Assembly (NCBI GenBank): GCA_965205865.1
Contig: CBDBHR010000025.1
Span: forward strand, 64,001 to 128,000
DNA from: a bacterium
GTDB taxonomy: Bacteria; SAR324; NAC60-12
Reading direction: 5' to 3'
Length of the DNA: 64,000 nt
The stretch's first letter is position 1; each line of letters begins with the position of its first letter. The position numbers were made by a program, and so were the translations under genes. Shown one piece after another: positions 42,684 to 54,506 of this stretch. A model generated the notes under the pieces. It worked only from the letters and a program-made list of their open reading frames with translations. It was not told the DNA's origin and made no database searches.

Positions 42684-44386
42684 CCTAAATCCTGCAATTA
42701 GATGACAATCAAACATGGAAATGGTAATATACTCAAATAGTTAACACCAGAATCAACATTTTAAGAGATCACCATTACCATGAAAAACAAAGGTAGCGCA
42801 AGATCGGCAAGAACGACAGCAAAAAACATCCATATCAGCCAGGGAGGCAGAGACCTGACCGCGCAAGCAGGCAAAAAACTTGATTCCGGTTGTCAAATTT
42901 TTTCACAAAGAAGGGATTGTTTCAAAGACAGAGCAGACCGTAGATCATCGGCGTGGCGCCACGGGTCTTTATGACGCGGTGGACATGGTCATTTTGTCGG
43001 TGGTCGGCATTGTTGGTGGCGCCCGTTCGATTCGTTCGATTGTGACAGTTTGGAACGACCGTGTTTTGAGTCGTGTGGCCGGTTGGCTGAGGATTCCGGA
43101 TGAAACCACATTCGGCCGGATACTGCGTACTTTCACACAGAAAAACATCAATGAGATGGAGAGCTTGAACCATCGGATTCGAGCCGGTATCTGGCGTAAG
43201 GCGCTTCGAAGTGGGACAAGCATCGTTGGGGTGTTACACTGTCTTGTGATTGACGTGGACTCCACTGTGAAAACGGCCTACGGCAAGCAGCAAGGAGTGT
43301 CTGTCGGATATAATCCCCACAAACGCGGTGCAGCTTCGTATCATCCTCTGCTGGCATTTTGCGCAGAGACAAAGGAGATTCTTCAGGGTTGGCTTCGTGA
43401 TGGGAGTGCCTATACCAGCAATGGAGTCGTTGAATTCATGCGGCAACTTCTCGCTCACCTTCCAAATCGGACTCGCACTCTGTTTCGTGGAGACAGTGGT
43501 TTTTTTGTGGGGGATTTGCTGGATTTCCTCGAAGAACGAGGCCATGGCTATCTGATCAAGGTCAAACTCAAGGGGCTTGTCTCGTTGTTGGAAACCCAAA
43601 AATGGCAAAAAGTGAAGGGGCAGCCCGCTTGGGAAGGGTGTGAGTTTTCCCACCAATGTGAAACTTGGAGGAGGTCAAGAAAATTCATGGCCGTACGCAG
43701 GGAGAAAGAGGAGGAACTCAAAGGGATGGCCACCCTCTTTGAGATGAAGGAGTACGATTATTTTTGTTATGTTCTCACTGACGCGCTCACTCCCTGGCAG
43801 GCTCACAAAGAGTATGGCCAAAGGGCGGTCGCTGAGACATGGATTGAGGAAGCAAAAAATCAAACTGCGCTGGCTCAGATTAAAACCGACGATTTTTGGG
43901 CCAACAGTGCCTTGTTCCAATGCGCGATACTCGCTTACAACACGCTGCGCTGGATGGCCCTTTGTAGTGGTAACGCAATACTGCGCCGTTGGGAACCGGC
44001 CACCATGCGCACCTATCTTGTCCGAATGGCAGGAAAATGGACGAGTGGCGCTCGTCAACAAAAACTGAGAGTTCCGGAAAGAACACTTTACAATGCTCAA
44101 TGGGATGCATGGGTCGCTGTTGGAGAGACCTGGATCCTTTGTTTCACTCCAGTGGATACATTTTGCTGAGATGTAGATTCCCAAATCCAGGGAGAAGTAC
44201 GTCTTGAATCTTGTGCCCGCGAAAGCGGGTATCAGATCATCACAAAATATGACGATCTAATGGAGGGCGGAAAAACCTTTATGAGCAAGGACTGATGGAA
44301 ATTCAACTCTCAAATCCTTTTTTTTAAAAAAACCTCTCAAAGAGTGGGGGGAAACTCAATCAAAATATTCAATTGCAGGATTTAGG
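42684..44386 (+). mobile_element. IS1380-family element, copy 1 (transposase frameshifted by a 7-bp insertion)
   Basis: IRs CCTAAATCCTGCAATT; 5-bp TSD TTATA; IDVDST, FRGDSGF and E..IEEAK motifs. Confidence 0.95.
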
Positions 44387-44889
44387 TTATACTCTTTTGG
44401 ATATTAATTGCAATCAAAAAATTTGACATCATTTTGCTTTTAAAGTAAGAAAGGCGATTTTCTTTGAATCGATTTTATCATTTGTAGCCATGAGCTTGAG
44501 AAAAGTACTCTTGATTATCGAGACAGAATAGATGAAAATAATGAAAAATTTCTGTTCACTGTGACAAAAAGTATGCCAATACTTTGATTTTTCAAAAAAA
44601 TGTAGCCCCGCACGCGAAATTTTATTTCTGAGCTAAGCCAGTAAATACAAGGGGTTGATCCATTTTTAGTTCAGAAGGTGGGGCAAAAAAATCAAAAAAA
44701 AGGCCCCAGATGCATTTTTTGTATTGATTTATCTATAATAATTCACTAGGGTCACCATATAGGTTCTTGAGGGAAGAGGAAGTGAGTTGAAGTGAAACCG
44801 ATTCCGCTTCCTCAGGGAATCTTTCTGTATTTCATCCTATCTCAATGAATCAGATGGGGAATTTTATCCTTTAAATAATAGGAGAACAT

Positions 44890-46620
44890 ATGTCTTTAAA
44901 AAAATGGATAACTCTTTTGGTGGGGCTGACCCTGGTGGGGGTCTTGTCTCATGTGTATGCGCAATCCTATGGGGGCTACATCAATGTTGCGGGACGGAAT
45001 GTTTCCGCTTGTTGGCAGCCCGTCCATGTCAGTGTTTGTATTGAGAAACAAAGCCTACTCACTGATTACCTGTTAGAGTCGGACTTAACAAAGGGGCCGC
45101 GAGGTACCGGTGAATTTACATTCGCTAACCAGTCGAACTATTCACTCAAAGGATTAAGAGGCTCTTTGCTGGAATCCTGGGAACAGCCGACTGCCCATAG
45201 TCTGGTTTTTAAAGTGCGTAAGGGCATCCACTTCCATAATAAACCCCCCGCAAACGGCCGAGAACTGAATGCTCGGGATATTGTACGCGACTGGGAAATC
45301 CTTACCGCCGATACAAGAGCCGGCGGCTTGTATGAAGCGCACAAACTCTCCAAGTGGACTGCCCGGGATGACTGGACGATTGATGTGGAGATGGTCGAAC
45401 CGGATGTTCCCGGAATCTGGGCGCAGGATCTCTTGCTGATAGCCATTCCGGCACCCGAATGGAAGGAGATCGAAGACAAAATGGATGATTGGCAGACGGT
45501 GAAAAACAGTGGGATCTTCACGGGACCCTTTCTGCTGGAGGATCATGTCGACTTGAGTGTGACCACCTACAAAAAGAACCCGGACTATTGGGGGAAGGAC
45601 GTCTTCAACACGGACGATCAAGTCCCCTACGTGGACGGCATGAGGATCGTAGATTTTGCCGATTCGGCGGCAAAAACGGCAGCCTTGCGCTCCGGCAAGC
45701 TGGACATCATCAGTATGTTTGGTCTGAGTGGCGAGGAAAAAGATGCGGTGGAGAAGACGAACCCTGAAATAAAATATGTCCCCGGCTTCGTCATGGGCCT
45801 CTTCACTTTTGTGAGGGCCGATTTGCCGCCTTGGAACGATATCAGGGTCCGCTATGCGGCCCATATGGCCATCAACTACGAAGAAGTTCGTGACGATTTT
45901 TACAAAGGCAACGCTTGTTTCCCCAGTTTACCTCAAAATTGTTCGGTCGGGGAACGCCTGGGAATGGATTGGCTGAAGAAATACCGCCCTGACCTGGCCA
46001 AGCTGTTTGAGTATCACCCCGATGAGGCCAAAAAACTGCTGGCCGATGCGGGCTATCCCAATGGCTTTGACACCGAATTGATTGTCGCCCATAGCTGGGT
46101 CGAACATTTCGAATTGATGTCCACTTACCTTGAAGATGTCGACATTCGTGTTACTTTGAAGCCGGTGGAGCAAACCATGATGTATTCCAGCATTCACCCG
46201 GGACCGGAAGGGCCGGATGATAAAGTCTACACCGGTATGGGTGCTCATGACACCGGGTGTAATAACCTCAACTTGGCGTGCTTGTCCAAGTGGCACGGGG
46301 CAGACGCCCCGTTCTTCGGCCAAGGTTTTATCCAAGGCACGATCCCGGACAATAAGATGCGGGCCTTGCAGAACGCCTATAAAAGCGAGACGGACCCCAT
46401 CGAGTCCAGGCGTATCTGGACCGAATTGTATCTCCTGTGGTATGAACTGGCCTGGGGGATTAATTGGATGGGCGTGAATACGTATAACCACTGGCAGCCG
46501 TGGGTTCAAGGATATGAAGGTGCCGGCGGGTACGAATCGCCCAGACTTAACCTGGTCAAGTACTACTGGATTGACACAGACATGAAGAAGCAAATGAGCG
46601 GACGCGACCCGAATGAGTAA
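44890..46620 (+). CDS. Family 5 substrate-binding protein, copy B (intact)
   Basis: AGGAG RBS, signal peptide, LLESWE, TGPF, KNPDYW, DIRVRYA. Confidence 0.95.
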   Translation: MSLKKWITLLVGLTLVGVLSHVYAQSYGGYINVAGRNVSACWQPVHVSVCIEKQSLLTDYLLESDLTKGPRGTGEFTFANQSNYSLKGLRGSLLESWEQPTAHSLVFKVRKGIHFHNKPPANGRELNARDIVRDWEILTADTRAGGLYEAHKLSKWTARDDWTIDVEMVEPDVPGIWAQDLLLIAIPAPEWKEIEDKMDDWQTVKNSGIFTGPFLLEDHVDLSVTTYKKNPDYWGKDVFNTDDQVPYVDGMRIVDFADSAAKTAALRSGKLDIISMFGLSGEEKDAVEKTNPEIKYVPGFVMGLFTFVRADLPPWNDIRVRYAAHMAINYEEVRDDFYKGNACFPSLPQNCSVGERLGMDWLKKYRPDLAKLFEYHPDEAKKLLADAGYPNGFDTELIVAHSWVEHFELMSTYLEDVDIRVTLKPVEQTMMYSSIHPGPEGPDDKVYTGMGAHDTGCNNLNLACLSKWHGADAPFFGQGFIQGTIPDNKMRALQNAYKSETDPIESRRIWTELYLLWYELAWGINWMGVNTYNHWQPWVQGYEGAGGYESPRLNLVKYYWIDTDMKKQMSGRDPNE

Positions 46621-46838
46621 ACTCGTCTAACCGCTCGATCCACACCAAGGGGTTGGATGGATCCGTCCAACCCCTTTTTTTGTTTTATGTGAGTTCACCT
46701 GAGTCCGGAGTAGAAAATCTCTTCCTGAAAATCCTTTCCTCTCTTGATGGGAGCCGTACGTGGAAGCGGCCGACGTGGAGCGGGCTGGGGTGGTGAGGGA
46801 AGGGGGGAACTTTTTCTTGACTACATAGGGAAAACAAC

Positions 46839-47833
46839 GTGCAGACCTATATCCTCCGAAGATTCCTCCTGGTCATCCCCACCCTGCTTATAGTCTCGGT
46901 CTTGGTGTTCTTCAGCCTGCGCTTCATCCCAGGGGATGCCATCGACGTCATGGTCAGTCATCAGCGATTTGTTGCCGATGACGATGCCAGGGCCATGATC
47001 CGGAAACATCTGGGGTTGGATTTGCCCATCCATGTACAGTATGGGCGCTGGTTCAACGGGGTGCTACAAGGAGACCTGGGCAGATCCATGTGGACAGACG
47101 CGCCGGTCACCCGAATCCTCCTGGAGGCGCTGCCTGTCTCCCTGGAAGTGGGCCTCTTGGCCATTTTCTTTTCATTGATCATCGCCTTGCCTGTCGGCGT
47201 CTATTCCGGGATACGGCCTGACACGAAGATGGATCATCTCATTCGCAGCCTTGCCATTTTCTTCATCTGTGTGCCCAGCTTCTGGATCGGGACGATGGTC
47301 ATGATCTATCCCTCCATCTGGTGGCGCTGGTCGCCCCCGATGTTCTATGTGCCTTTTCTTAAGGACCCCCTGGACAACCTGGCCATGGTGATCATTCCGG
47401 CTCTCATTCTGGGGATGTGGCTCTCCGGGATGACCATGCGCTTGATGCGCAACACGATGCTGGAGGTGCTCCGAGCGGACTACGTCCGGACCGCTTGGGC
47501 CAAGGGGCTCCGGGAACGGGTGGTGGTGACGCGGCACGTGTTGAAGAATTCGCTGATCCCGGTGGTCACGCGTTCAGCTGGGCTATTGGCCGCGCTGCGG
47601 CCGCCCAGCCTCTCTGCGGTCTGCAACTCCCCGTCTTGATTGGCGGGGCGGTGGTGGTGGAATACATCTTTGGCCTGCCCGGCATCGGCCGGCTGGTCGT
47701 CGACTCGATTAAGATTCGCGACTATCCCATCATTACCGGCGTCAACGTCTATGCGGCCATCTTTGTGTTAGTGATCAATATCATCATCGACCTCAGCTAC
47801 GCCTGGCTCGACCCGCGGATTCGGTTTAAATAG
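46839..47833 (+). pseudogene. OppB-like permease, copy B, frameshifted by an insertion at 47570-47616
   Basis: 47 bp replace CATGGT of copy A (net +41). Confidence 0.85.
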
Positions 47834-47872
47834 CTGTCAGCTTTCTGCTCTCAGTTTTCGCTTAGCACTGAA

Positions 47873-48814
47873 ATGTTAGTCACGAAAGAGTCAACATACA
47901 AAAGAAGAAAACCCATTCGGGAATTCCTATCCCGGCTGTTTCGGGAGAAACCCTTAGGGGCGCTGGGTGGGATCATCGTTCTGGTCTTTTTGTTCATCGG
48001 TATTTTTGCCGACGCCCTCGCCACCCATGGCATGCTCCAGCGCAACCTGAAGCACCGGCTGGAAGGCCCCTCTGTCCAATTCCCCCTGGGGACTGACCAA
48101 ATGGGCCGGGATCAGTACAGCCGTCTGGTTCAGGGAGCTCGCATTTCGATGGTTGTCGGGTTGGCTAGTTGCGCGATCGCTCTGCTAATTGCCACGACCT
48201 TCGGCTTGATCTCGGGATACTGGGGTGGCAAATTTGACCTCATCCTGCAGCGCTTTGTCGACGCCTGGTTGAGCCTCCCAGCATTGTTTATCCTCTTGAC
48301 GGTGATGGCGCTGCTGGGGCCAGGCTTGATCCAGATGATCAGCGTGTTAGGGGCGTTTTGGGGGATTGCCAACATCCGGACGGTCCGCGGAGTGGTGCTG
48401 AGCGCCAAGGAGAATTTGTATGTCGAGGCGGCCCGGGCGACCGGAGCTCGTCCCCCACGCGTACTCTTGCGGCACATCCTGCCCCAGATTGTCGCGCCCA
48501 TCATCACCGTGTTCACCGTGGCTCTCGGGGGCATCATCCTCGATGAGGCCACCATTAGTTTCCTCGGCTTCGGTATTCCGCCGCCCCAGCCCAGTTGGGG
48601 GGGCATGTTGAGTCTGGAAGGCCGCAAGTACATGGAAAGCCAGCCCCTGCTGGCCCTCTTTCCCGGCCTCTGCCTGGCCATCGTCGTCTATGGGGTCAAC
48701 ATGTTTGGCGACGCCTTGCGCGATCTGCTCGATCCCCGCCTGCGAGGTGCCGGACGCATGGGCAGCGCCAAGATTCCCCTGAGACGAACCCTCCTCATCA
48801 ACCCTGACAAATAG
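47873..48814 (+). CDS. OppC-like permease, copy B
   Basis: Protein identical to copy A except the last residue. Confidence 0.95.
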   Translation: MLVTKESTYKRRKPIREFLSRLFREKPLGALGGIIVLVFLFIGIFADALATHGMLQRNLKHRLEGPSVQFPLGTDQMGRDQYSRLVQGARISMVVGLASCAIALLIATTFGLISGYWGGKFDLILQRFVDAWLSLPALFILLTVMALLGPGLIQMISVLGAFWGIANIRTVRGVVLSAKENLYVEAARATGARPPRVLLRHILPQIVAPIITVFTVALGGIILDEATISFLGFGIPPPQPSWGGMLSLEGRKYMESQPLLALFPGLCLAIVVYGVNMFGDALRDLLDPRLRGAGRMGSAKIPLRRTLLINPDK

Positions 48815-49078
48815 TAGGGACGGTGTTCGTATACAAAAATCGTTTAATGTGGGTCGCAGGCGGAATGGGATTCTTGGATTGACATAACTGCAGAGTTTCC
48901 GTAGTATTTGAAAATGATGGAATTTGAGCGGGATGAAAATAAGAATCTGAATCTATCAGAGATTGGAAGCAGAAGCGAATTCAACCCGATCAAGCTGCAA
49001 CAACATTGCTTCGAGTGATTGAACACAATCCCAAAGCCGTAGAAAAAGCTTTAAAAATTGCGCAAATAACGGAGCCCC

Positions 49079-50110
49079 ATGAGCCAAAAACGACAGGTGA
49101 CCAATGAGCACAGAAAACAACAAGATTGGCATGAATGGAAGATACAATCACTGGCCTATCAGCAGATCCAGGAGCGCGGCCTTATCCAAAACCTCAAGGA
49201 ACTCGAGGAGGAGGGATACACGGTGCTCACCCCGGAGCAAATCGGGAATCCCCGTATTCTCGGGCGAGCCCGAGCGGCCATCCTGCGTCTTCTGGAAGAA
49301 CATACCGGCGTGAAGCACGATATCGAAACCGGTGCGCATGGCGCCATAGATACCTGGGCTCACAGCCAAGGTCAGTATTTGCTCTATGGATTTCTTGAGA
49401 AGGATCCGGTCTTTGAAGAAATCATCCAGCATCCCATGACGCTGCCCTTCATGGAATACTTCCTGGGCCCGGATTGCCTGCTCTCTTCACTGACGTGCTT
49501 CATCAAATGGCAGAATGCGGAGGGCTATGGTGCTGGACTGGGCCTTCATGCTGATGATGGGATGCCTTTCTTTGCTCCCCTCCCTGACCCACCTCAGGTG
49601 TTCAATTCTAACTGGTTTCTCACCGACTACACCAAAGACAATGGCGCCTTTTGTGTTGTCCCCGGATCCCACAAACTTCGCCGTCAGCCCAATACGGGGG
49701 AGGGAGTGGAAGATGCCATCCCGGTCGAAGGACCTGCCGGCTCCGTTGTGGTCTTCCACGGTAATCTCTGGCATGGGGCCTTTCCCCGCCTGAATCCCGG
49801 CTTACGGATCAGCATTAATCCTTTTATGGTAGGGTATCACTACCGCGTCCAGGAGAACTTCCAGGGCCGGATCAGTGATGTGATGCTGGCGCGCAACGGG
49901 GTGCGGTTTCGCAAACTACTCAACATCGATGATATCTGGGGACATGACGATTGGCGTGGCCCGATTCCCTGGCATGAGCGTGCCTCCGGAAAGACCTGGT
50001 CGGAACTCATGAGGGATCCCGTCCAAATCAATGGCAAGGACTATCGCATCGTTTTAGATCGCAACAAACGGCCTTCAGAGTTGGCCTATGTTACCGTCGA
50101 GGCGGATTGA
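49079..50110 (+). CDS. PhyH-family Fe(II)/2OG dioxygenase
   Basis: GLHADD, VVPGSH, FHGNLWHG..R; paralog of 6725 and 41506. Confidence 0.92.
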   Translation: MSQKRQVTNEHRKQQDWHEWKIQSLAYQQIQERGLIQNLKELEEEGYTVLTPEQIGNPRILGRARAAILRLLEEHTGVKHDIETGAHGAIDTWAHSQGQYLLYGFLEKDPVFEEIIQHPMTLPFMEYFLGPDCLLSSLTCFIKWQNAEGYGAGLGLHADDGMPFFAPLPDPPQVFNSNWFLTDYTKDNGAFCVVPGSHKLRRQPNTGEGVEDAIPVEGPAGSVVVFHGNLWHGAFPRLNPGLRISINPFMVGYHYRVQENFQGRISDVMLARNGVRFRKLLNIDDIWGHDDWRGPIPWHERASGKTWSELMRDPVQINGKDYRIVLDRNKRPSELAYVTVEAD

Positions 50111-50681
50111 CCATCCAGGCCAGCGGGCGGTGCTTTTCCAACTCCCGACATTTTTTTGTAGCATACTTCTCTCCGGGATAGGGGACTGCAATGACCTTCA
50201 TCTCAAAACCCCTGGCTCGCTGGGCCATATGCCGTCCAATACCTCCCATGCCCACAATGCCAATGGTTATCCCGCCAATTTCAATTATCATGGGACTGAG
50301 TTGCGCCAGGTGCCACTCGTGTTTATCCTGGTATCGCGTCGAATAATGGAGATACCGTGTTAACCCGAGCAGGAGGGCAAAACCATGGTCGGCGACTTGG
50401 GAGGCGTACACGCCGGCAGCATTCGTGAGGAGGACATCGCTGTCCCGCATGGCGGGAAATAATTGTATCTCCACTCCGGCACCAGAGAACAGAATCCATT
50501 TTAAATGGGGAAGGTGCGGGAAAGTCTCTGCCGAACAAAAACCATAATAGACTTCTGCGTCTTTTCCTGCGGCAAGGCGTTCTTCCTGGTTCGAGACAAA
50601 AACAACCGGATTTTCTCCTGCCGCCTGCAAAATCAATTCGCGCAGTTCTTGTGATAAAGGGCAATCAATCAGAATTTTCAT
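50091..50681 (-). pseudogene. D-2-hydroxyacid dehydrogenase, C-terminally truncated
   Basis: LTNAAGVYASQVADH and GIVGMGGIG; ends shortly after the Rossmann motif. Confidence 0.8.
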
Positions 50682-50738
50682 AGGCTCATCTTTTTTTTAT
50701 GTTCATTGGTACATGTCATTTGAGTGTCCCATAGCTTC

Positions 50739-51445
50739 CTATTCCACCAGGTGCGACTTGAGCACGTCTGGGTCAAACTCAATGCCGAGCCCCGGACCCG
50801 TGGGAGGAAGGATATAGCCGTTCTCGAACACCAGGGGCTCCTTGAAGATTTTCTTGTGTAAGGGGCCCAGGTTGGCTTCCTGAATGAGGAAGTTGGGGGA
50901 ACAGGTATCGATCTGAATGGCGGCGGCAAAGGCGACCGGCCCACAATACATGTGCGGGGTGATCATGGCATAATGGGCTTCAGCCATGCCGGCAATCTTC
51001 TTCGCCTCGGTGATGCCTCCACACTGACCGACATCGAGCTGCAGGATCTGTGCGGCCTGTTTTTCCAGAACTTGAGCGAATTCATACTTGGTCACCAGCA
51101 GTTGGTAGATGGGCAGGTTTGCCGCCTTGCCCTTGATGTCCCAGAGGGCCATGTCAATGGCACTGATCACCGGGGTTGCGTACAGACTGGGATGTCGCAG
51201 ATCGTGCCAGGCGCCGTACATCTTGTCCCAGATGAGTTCACTATTGAGCGGGTTCTCGCCGAGGACAAACTAGCCGACCAACTCCTCGATCAGGCTGACC
51301 TGAGACTTCAGATCCCGGAGGCGATTGGAATAGGAGGCGCCAGCAATGCGCTCTCCGATCCCCGTAATCCCTTCGTCGGTCTTCAGCTCCAGGAAGAGGA
51401 AATATTTAACGCCGATGTAGGGCGCTTCCGCCTTGACGACCATGG
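50739..51445 (-). pseudogene. Mandelate racemase/enolase-superfamily dehydratase with a stop codon and internal deletion
   Basis: ELKTDEGITGIGE..(stop)..SAIDMALWDIKGK..IYQLL joined to VTKYEF..GGITEAKKIA..PTGPGLG. Confidence 0.85.
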
Positions 51446-51448
51446 TTT

Positions 51449-51850
51449 TCAGTCACTGAGCTGGTGTGGGTAGCGGCCGAGGGTCTCATCCGGTCGCAGC
51501 CCCACCTCCTCTAACGCATTGACCACCATCGCGTGCGCCTCTCGGTCCGAGCGCGTCAGTCCGTACTTCTTGATCGGGGTTGTGAGAACGTGATCGACCT
51601 TGTAGGCGGTGTCCTCTGGCTGCCCCCACCGGGTCGTAGTGCGGATGACACGACACAAGGTGCCCGTCGCTCAGGACCTGCAGTTGTGGCGCCACCTGCG
51701 GACATACGTTCAATACTTTTGACTGCTTCCACCGGCTCGGCACCACCCCCGGTGAGGCCGGTGTCCGTCGCGGCAGCGGTTGGCAGCTGCAGCTCGTGGT
51801 GCAGATGACGCGATACCAGGAGTCCGTCGCTCAGAGCCTGCAGTTGCGAC
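51449..51850 (-). pseudogene. Scraps of oligopeptide ABC ATPase genes
   Basis: ALEEVGLRPDETLGRYPHQLS and two copies of a C-terminal piece (CPQVAPQLQVLSDGHLVSCH). Confidence 0.7.
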
Positions 51851-51851
51851 C

Positions 51852-52660
51852 ACATAGGAAAATCAAAAATTACACAAAACGATAGCACCTGGGAATAAGT
51901 TTGTAAAGGCAATTTTTGGGAGTCTTTTTTTGATTTTTTGGTAGGTTTCTTGACGGGATGGGTGGTCTGGAATGTTTCGCCGCTGGGCGGACCGGAAATG
52001 CTGGATTTGAGACAAGGGGATCCCTGAGGTTTAAAGGCCCCATTCTGCATCACAAAAATAAGCTTCATCTGGAGGAAAGTCCCCCTAGTCATAGGAGTCT
52101 TCAAACTCATAGCGCATGATAGCAGGGAGAGGAGGAGCCCTTTCGGTTTCTTCTTCGATATGTTTTAAAATTTTTTTGACTTCTCGATGATTGGTAATAA
52201 AAGCGATGCTTTTCATTGCTTTGCCACAATTGGGACACAAGAGAGGATCCACTGAAGATTTTATGGATCAGGCGTGCCCAACTTGCGCTGGTTTTAGCCT
52301 TCCCTTTAATCTTTTCCATTTCCATCGGTCTTTCCCCTCTTTTTTCTTTTTTTCCTTGCCTCGATAAGAACTGCTATAGATGCCATAATAAAATGTGATC
52401 GTTTCGTAGGGTGAGGGAAGATGTCCTGCCAAAAGGGCCATAAACTCAAAGACCTCGTAGTGAGCTTTTTTGGTGGAGGAGGTTCTATTTTGTTTCTCAT
52501 AAACCGTCACCGTGTTGTCCTCGAGATTAAACTCAACCCTTTCCACAGAGATCGCTGCCCGGCTCATATATCTGGCGATGGTTTCAAGGCGATCCCCATG
52601 ACGCCCGTTTACTTTTTGTTTTCCATGGACTTGGAAACCGGAGTTATGATTCCAGGACAT
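51852..52660 (-). mobile_element. IS91-like (Y2 rolling-circle) transposase 3' remnant with a putative oriIS end
   Basis: SGFQVH..LETIARYMSRAAISVER..YYGIYSS..WARLIHKIF; TTTGATTTTCCTAT on the minus strand near 51855-51868. Confidence 0.75.
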
Positions 52661-52810
52661 TAAAAGATTAAAAGGTCGATAAGTTCATCAAAATATATCA
52701 ATTCAGGTGATTGCAATTGAAACAAAGCTAATAAAAAACTGAACCGAAGCCTGAACACCGCGCATTTTGCTCCGATTGTTGTGGATTACAAGCACGTAAT
52801 TTATCTTTCA

Positions 52811-54506
52811 CCTAAATCCTGCAATTGAATATTTTGATTGAGTTTCCCCCCACTCTTTGAGAGGTTTTTTTAAAAAAAAGGATTTGAGAGTTGAATTTCC
52901 ATCAGTCCTTGCTCATAAAGGTTTTTCCGCCCTCCATTAGATCGTCATATTTTGTGATGATCTGATACCCGCTTTCGCGGGCACAAGATTCAAGACGTAC
53001 TTCTCCCTGGATTTGGGAATCTACATCTCAGCAAAATGTATCCACTGGAGTGAAACAAAGGATCCAGGTCTCTCCAACAGCGACCCATGCATCCCATTGA
53101 GCATTGTAAAGTGTTCTTTCCGGAACTCTCAGTTTTTGTTGACGAGCGCCACTCGTCCATTTTCCTGCCATTCGGACAAGATAGGTGCGCATGGTGGCCG
53201 GTTCCCAACGGCGCAGTATTGCGTTACCACTACAAAGGGCCATCCAGCGCAGCGTGTTGTAAGCGAGTATCGCGCATTGGAACAAGGCACTGTTGGCCCA
53301 AAAATCGTCGGTTTTAATCTGAGCCAGCGCAGTTTGATTTTTTGCTTCCTCAATCCATGTCTCAGCGACCGCCCTTTGGCCATACTCTTTGTGAGCCTGC
53401 CAGGGAGTGAGCGCGTCAGTGAGAACATAACAAAAATAATCGTACTCCTTCATCTCAAAGAGGGTGGCCATCCCTTTGAGTTCCTCCTCTTTCTCCCTGC
53501 GTACGGCCATGAATTTTCTTGACCTCCTCCAAGTTTCACATTGGTGGGAAAACTCACACCCTTCCCAAGCGGGCTGCCCCTTCACTTTTTGCCATTTTTG
53601 GGTTTCCAACAACGAGACAAGCCCCTTGAGTTTGACCTTGATCAGATAGCCATGGCCTCGTTCTTCGAGGAAATCCAGCAAATCCCCCACAAAAAAACCA
53701 CTGTCTCCACGAAACAGAGTGCGAGTCCGATTTGGAAGGTGAGCGAGAAGTTGCCGCATGAATTCAACGACTCCATTGCTGGTATAGGCACTCCCATCAC
53801 GAAGCCAACCCTGAAGAATCTCCTTTGTCTCTGCGCAAAATGCCAGCAGAGGATGATACGAAGCTGCACCGCGTTTGTGGGGATTATATCCGACAGACAC
53901 TCCTTGCTGCTTGCCGTAGGCCGTTTTCACAGTGGAGTCCACGTCAATCACAAGACAGTGTAACACCCCAACGATGCTTGTCCCACTTCGAAGCGCCTTA
54001 CGCCAGATACCGGCTCGAATCCGATGGTTCAAGCTCTCCATCTCATTGATGTTTTTCTGTGTGAAAGTACGCAGTATCCGGCCGAATGTGGTTTCATCCG
54101 GAATCCTCAGCCAACCGGCCACACGACTCAAAACACGGTCGTTCCAAACTGTCACAATCGAACGAATCGAACGGGCGCCACCAACAATGCCGACCACCGA
54201 CAAAATGACCATGTCCACCGCGTCATAAAGACCCGTGGCGCCACGCCGATGATCTACGGTCTGCTCTGTCTTTGAAACAATCCCTTCTTTGTGAAAAAAT
54301 TTGACAACCGGAATCAAGCCTGCTTGCGCGGTCAGGTCTCTGCCTCCCTGGCTGATATGGATGTTTTTTGCTGTCGTTCTTGCCGATCTTGCGCTACGTT
54401 TGTTTTTCATGGTAATGGTGATCTCTTAAAATGTTGATTCTGGTGTTAACTATTTGAGTATATTACCATTTCCATGTTTGATTGTCATCTAATTGCAGGA
54501 TTTAGG
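52811..54506 (-). mobile_element. IS1380-family element, copy 2, intact 460-aa transposase (53028-54410)
   Basis: Same IRs as copy 1; 5-bp TSD TTTCA. Confidence 0.95.
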
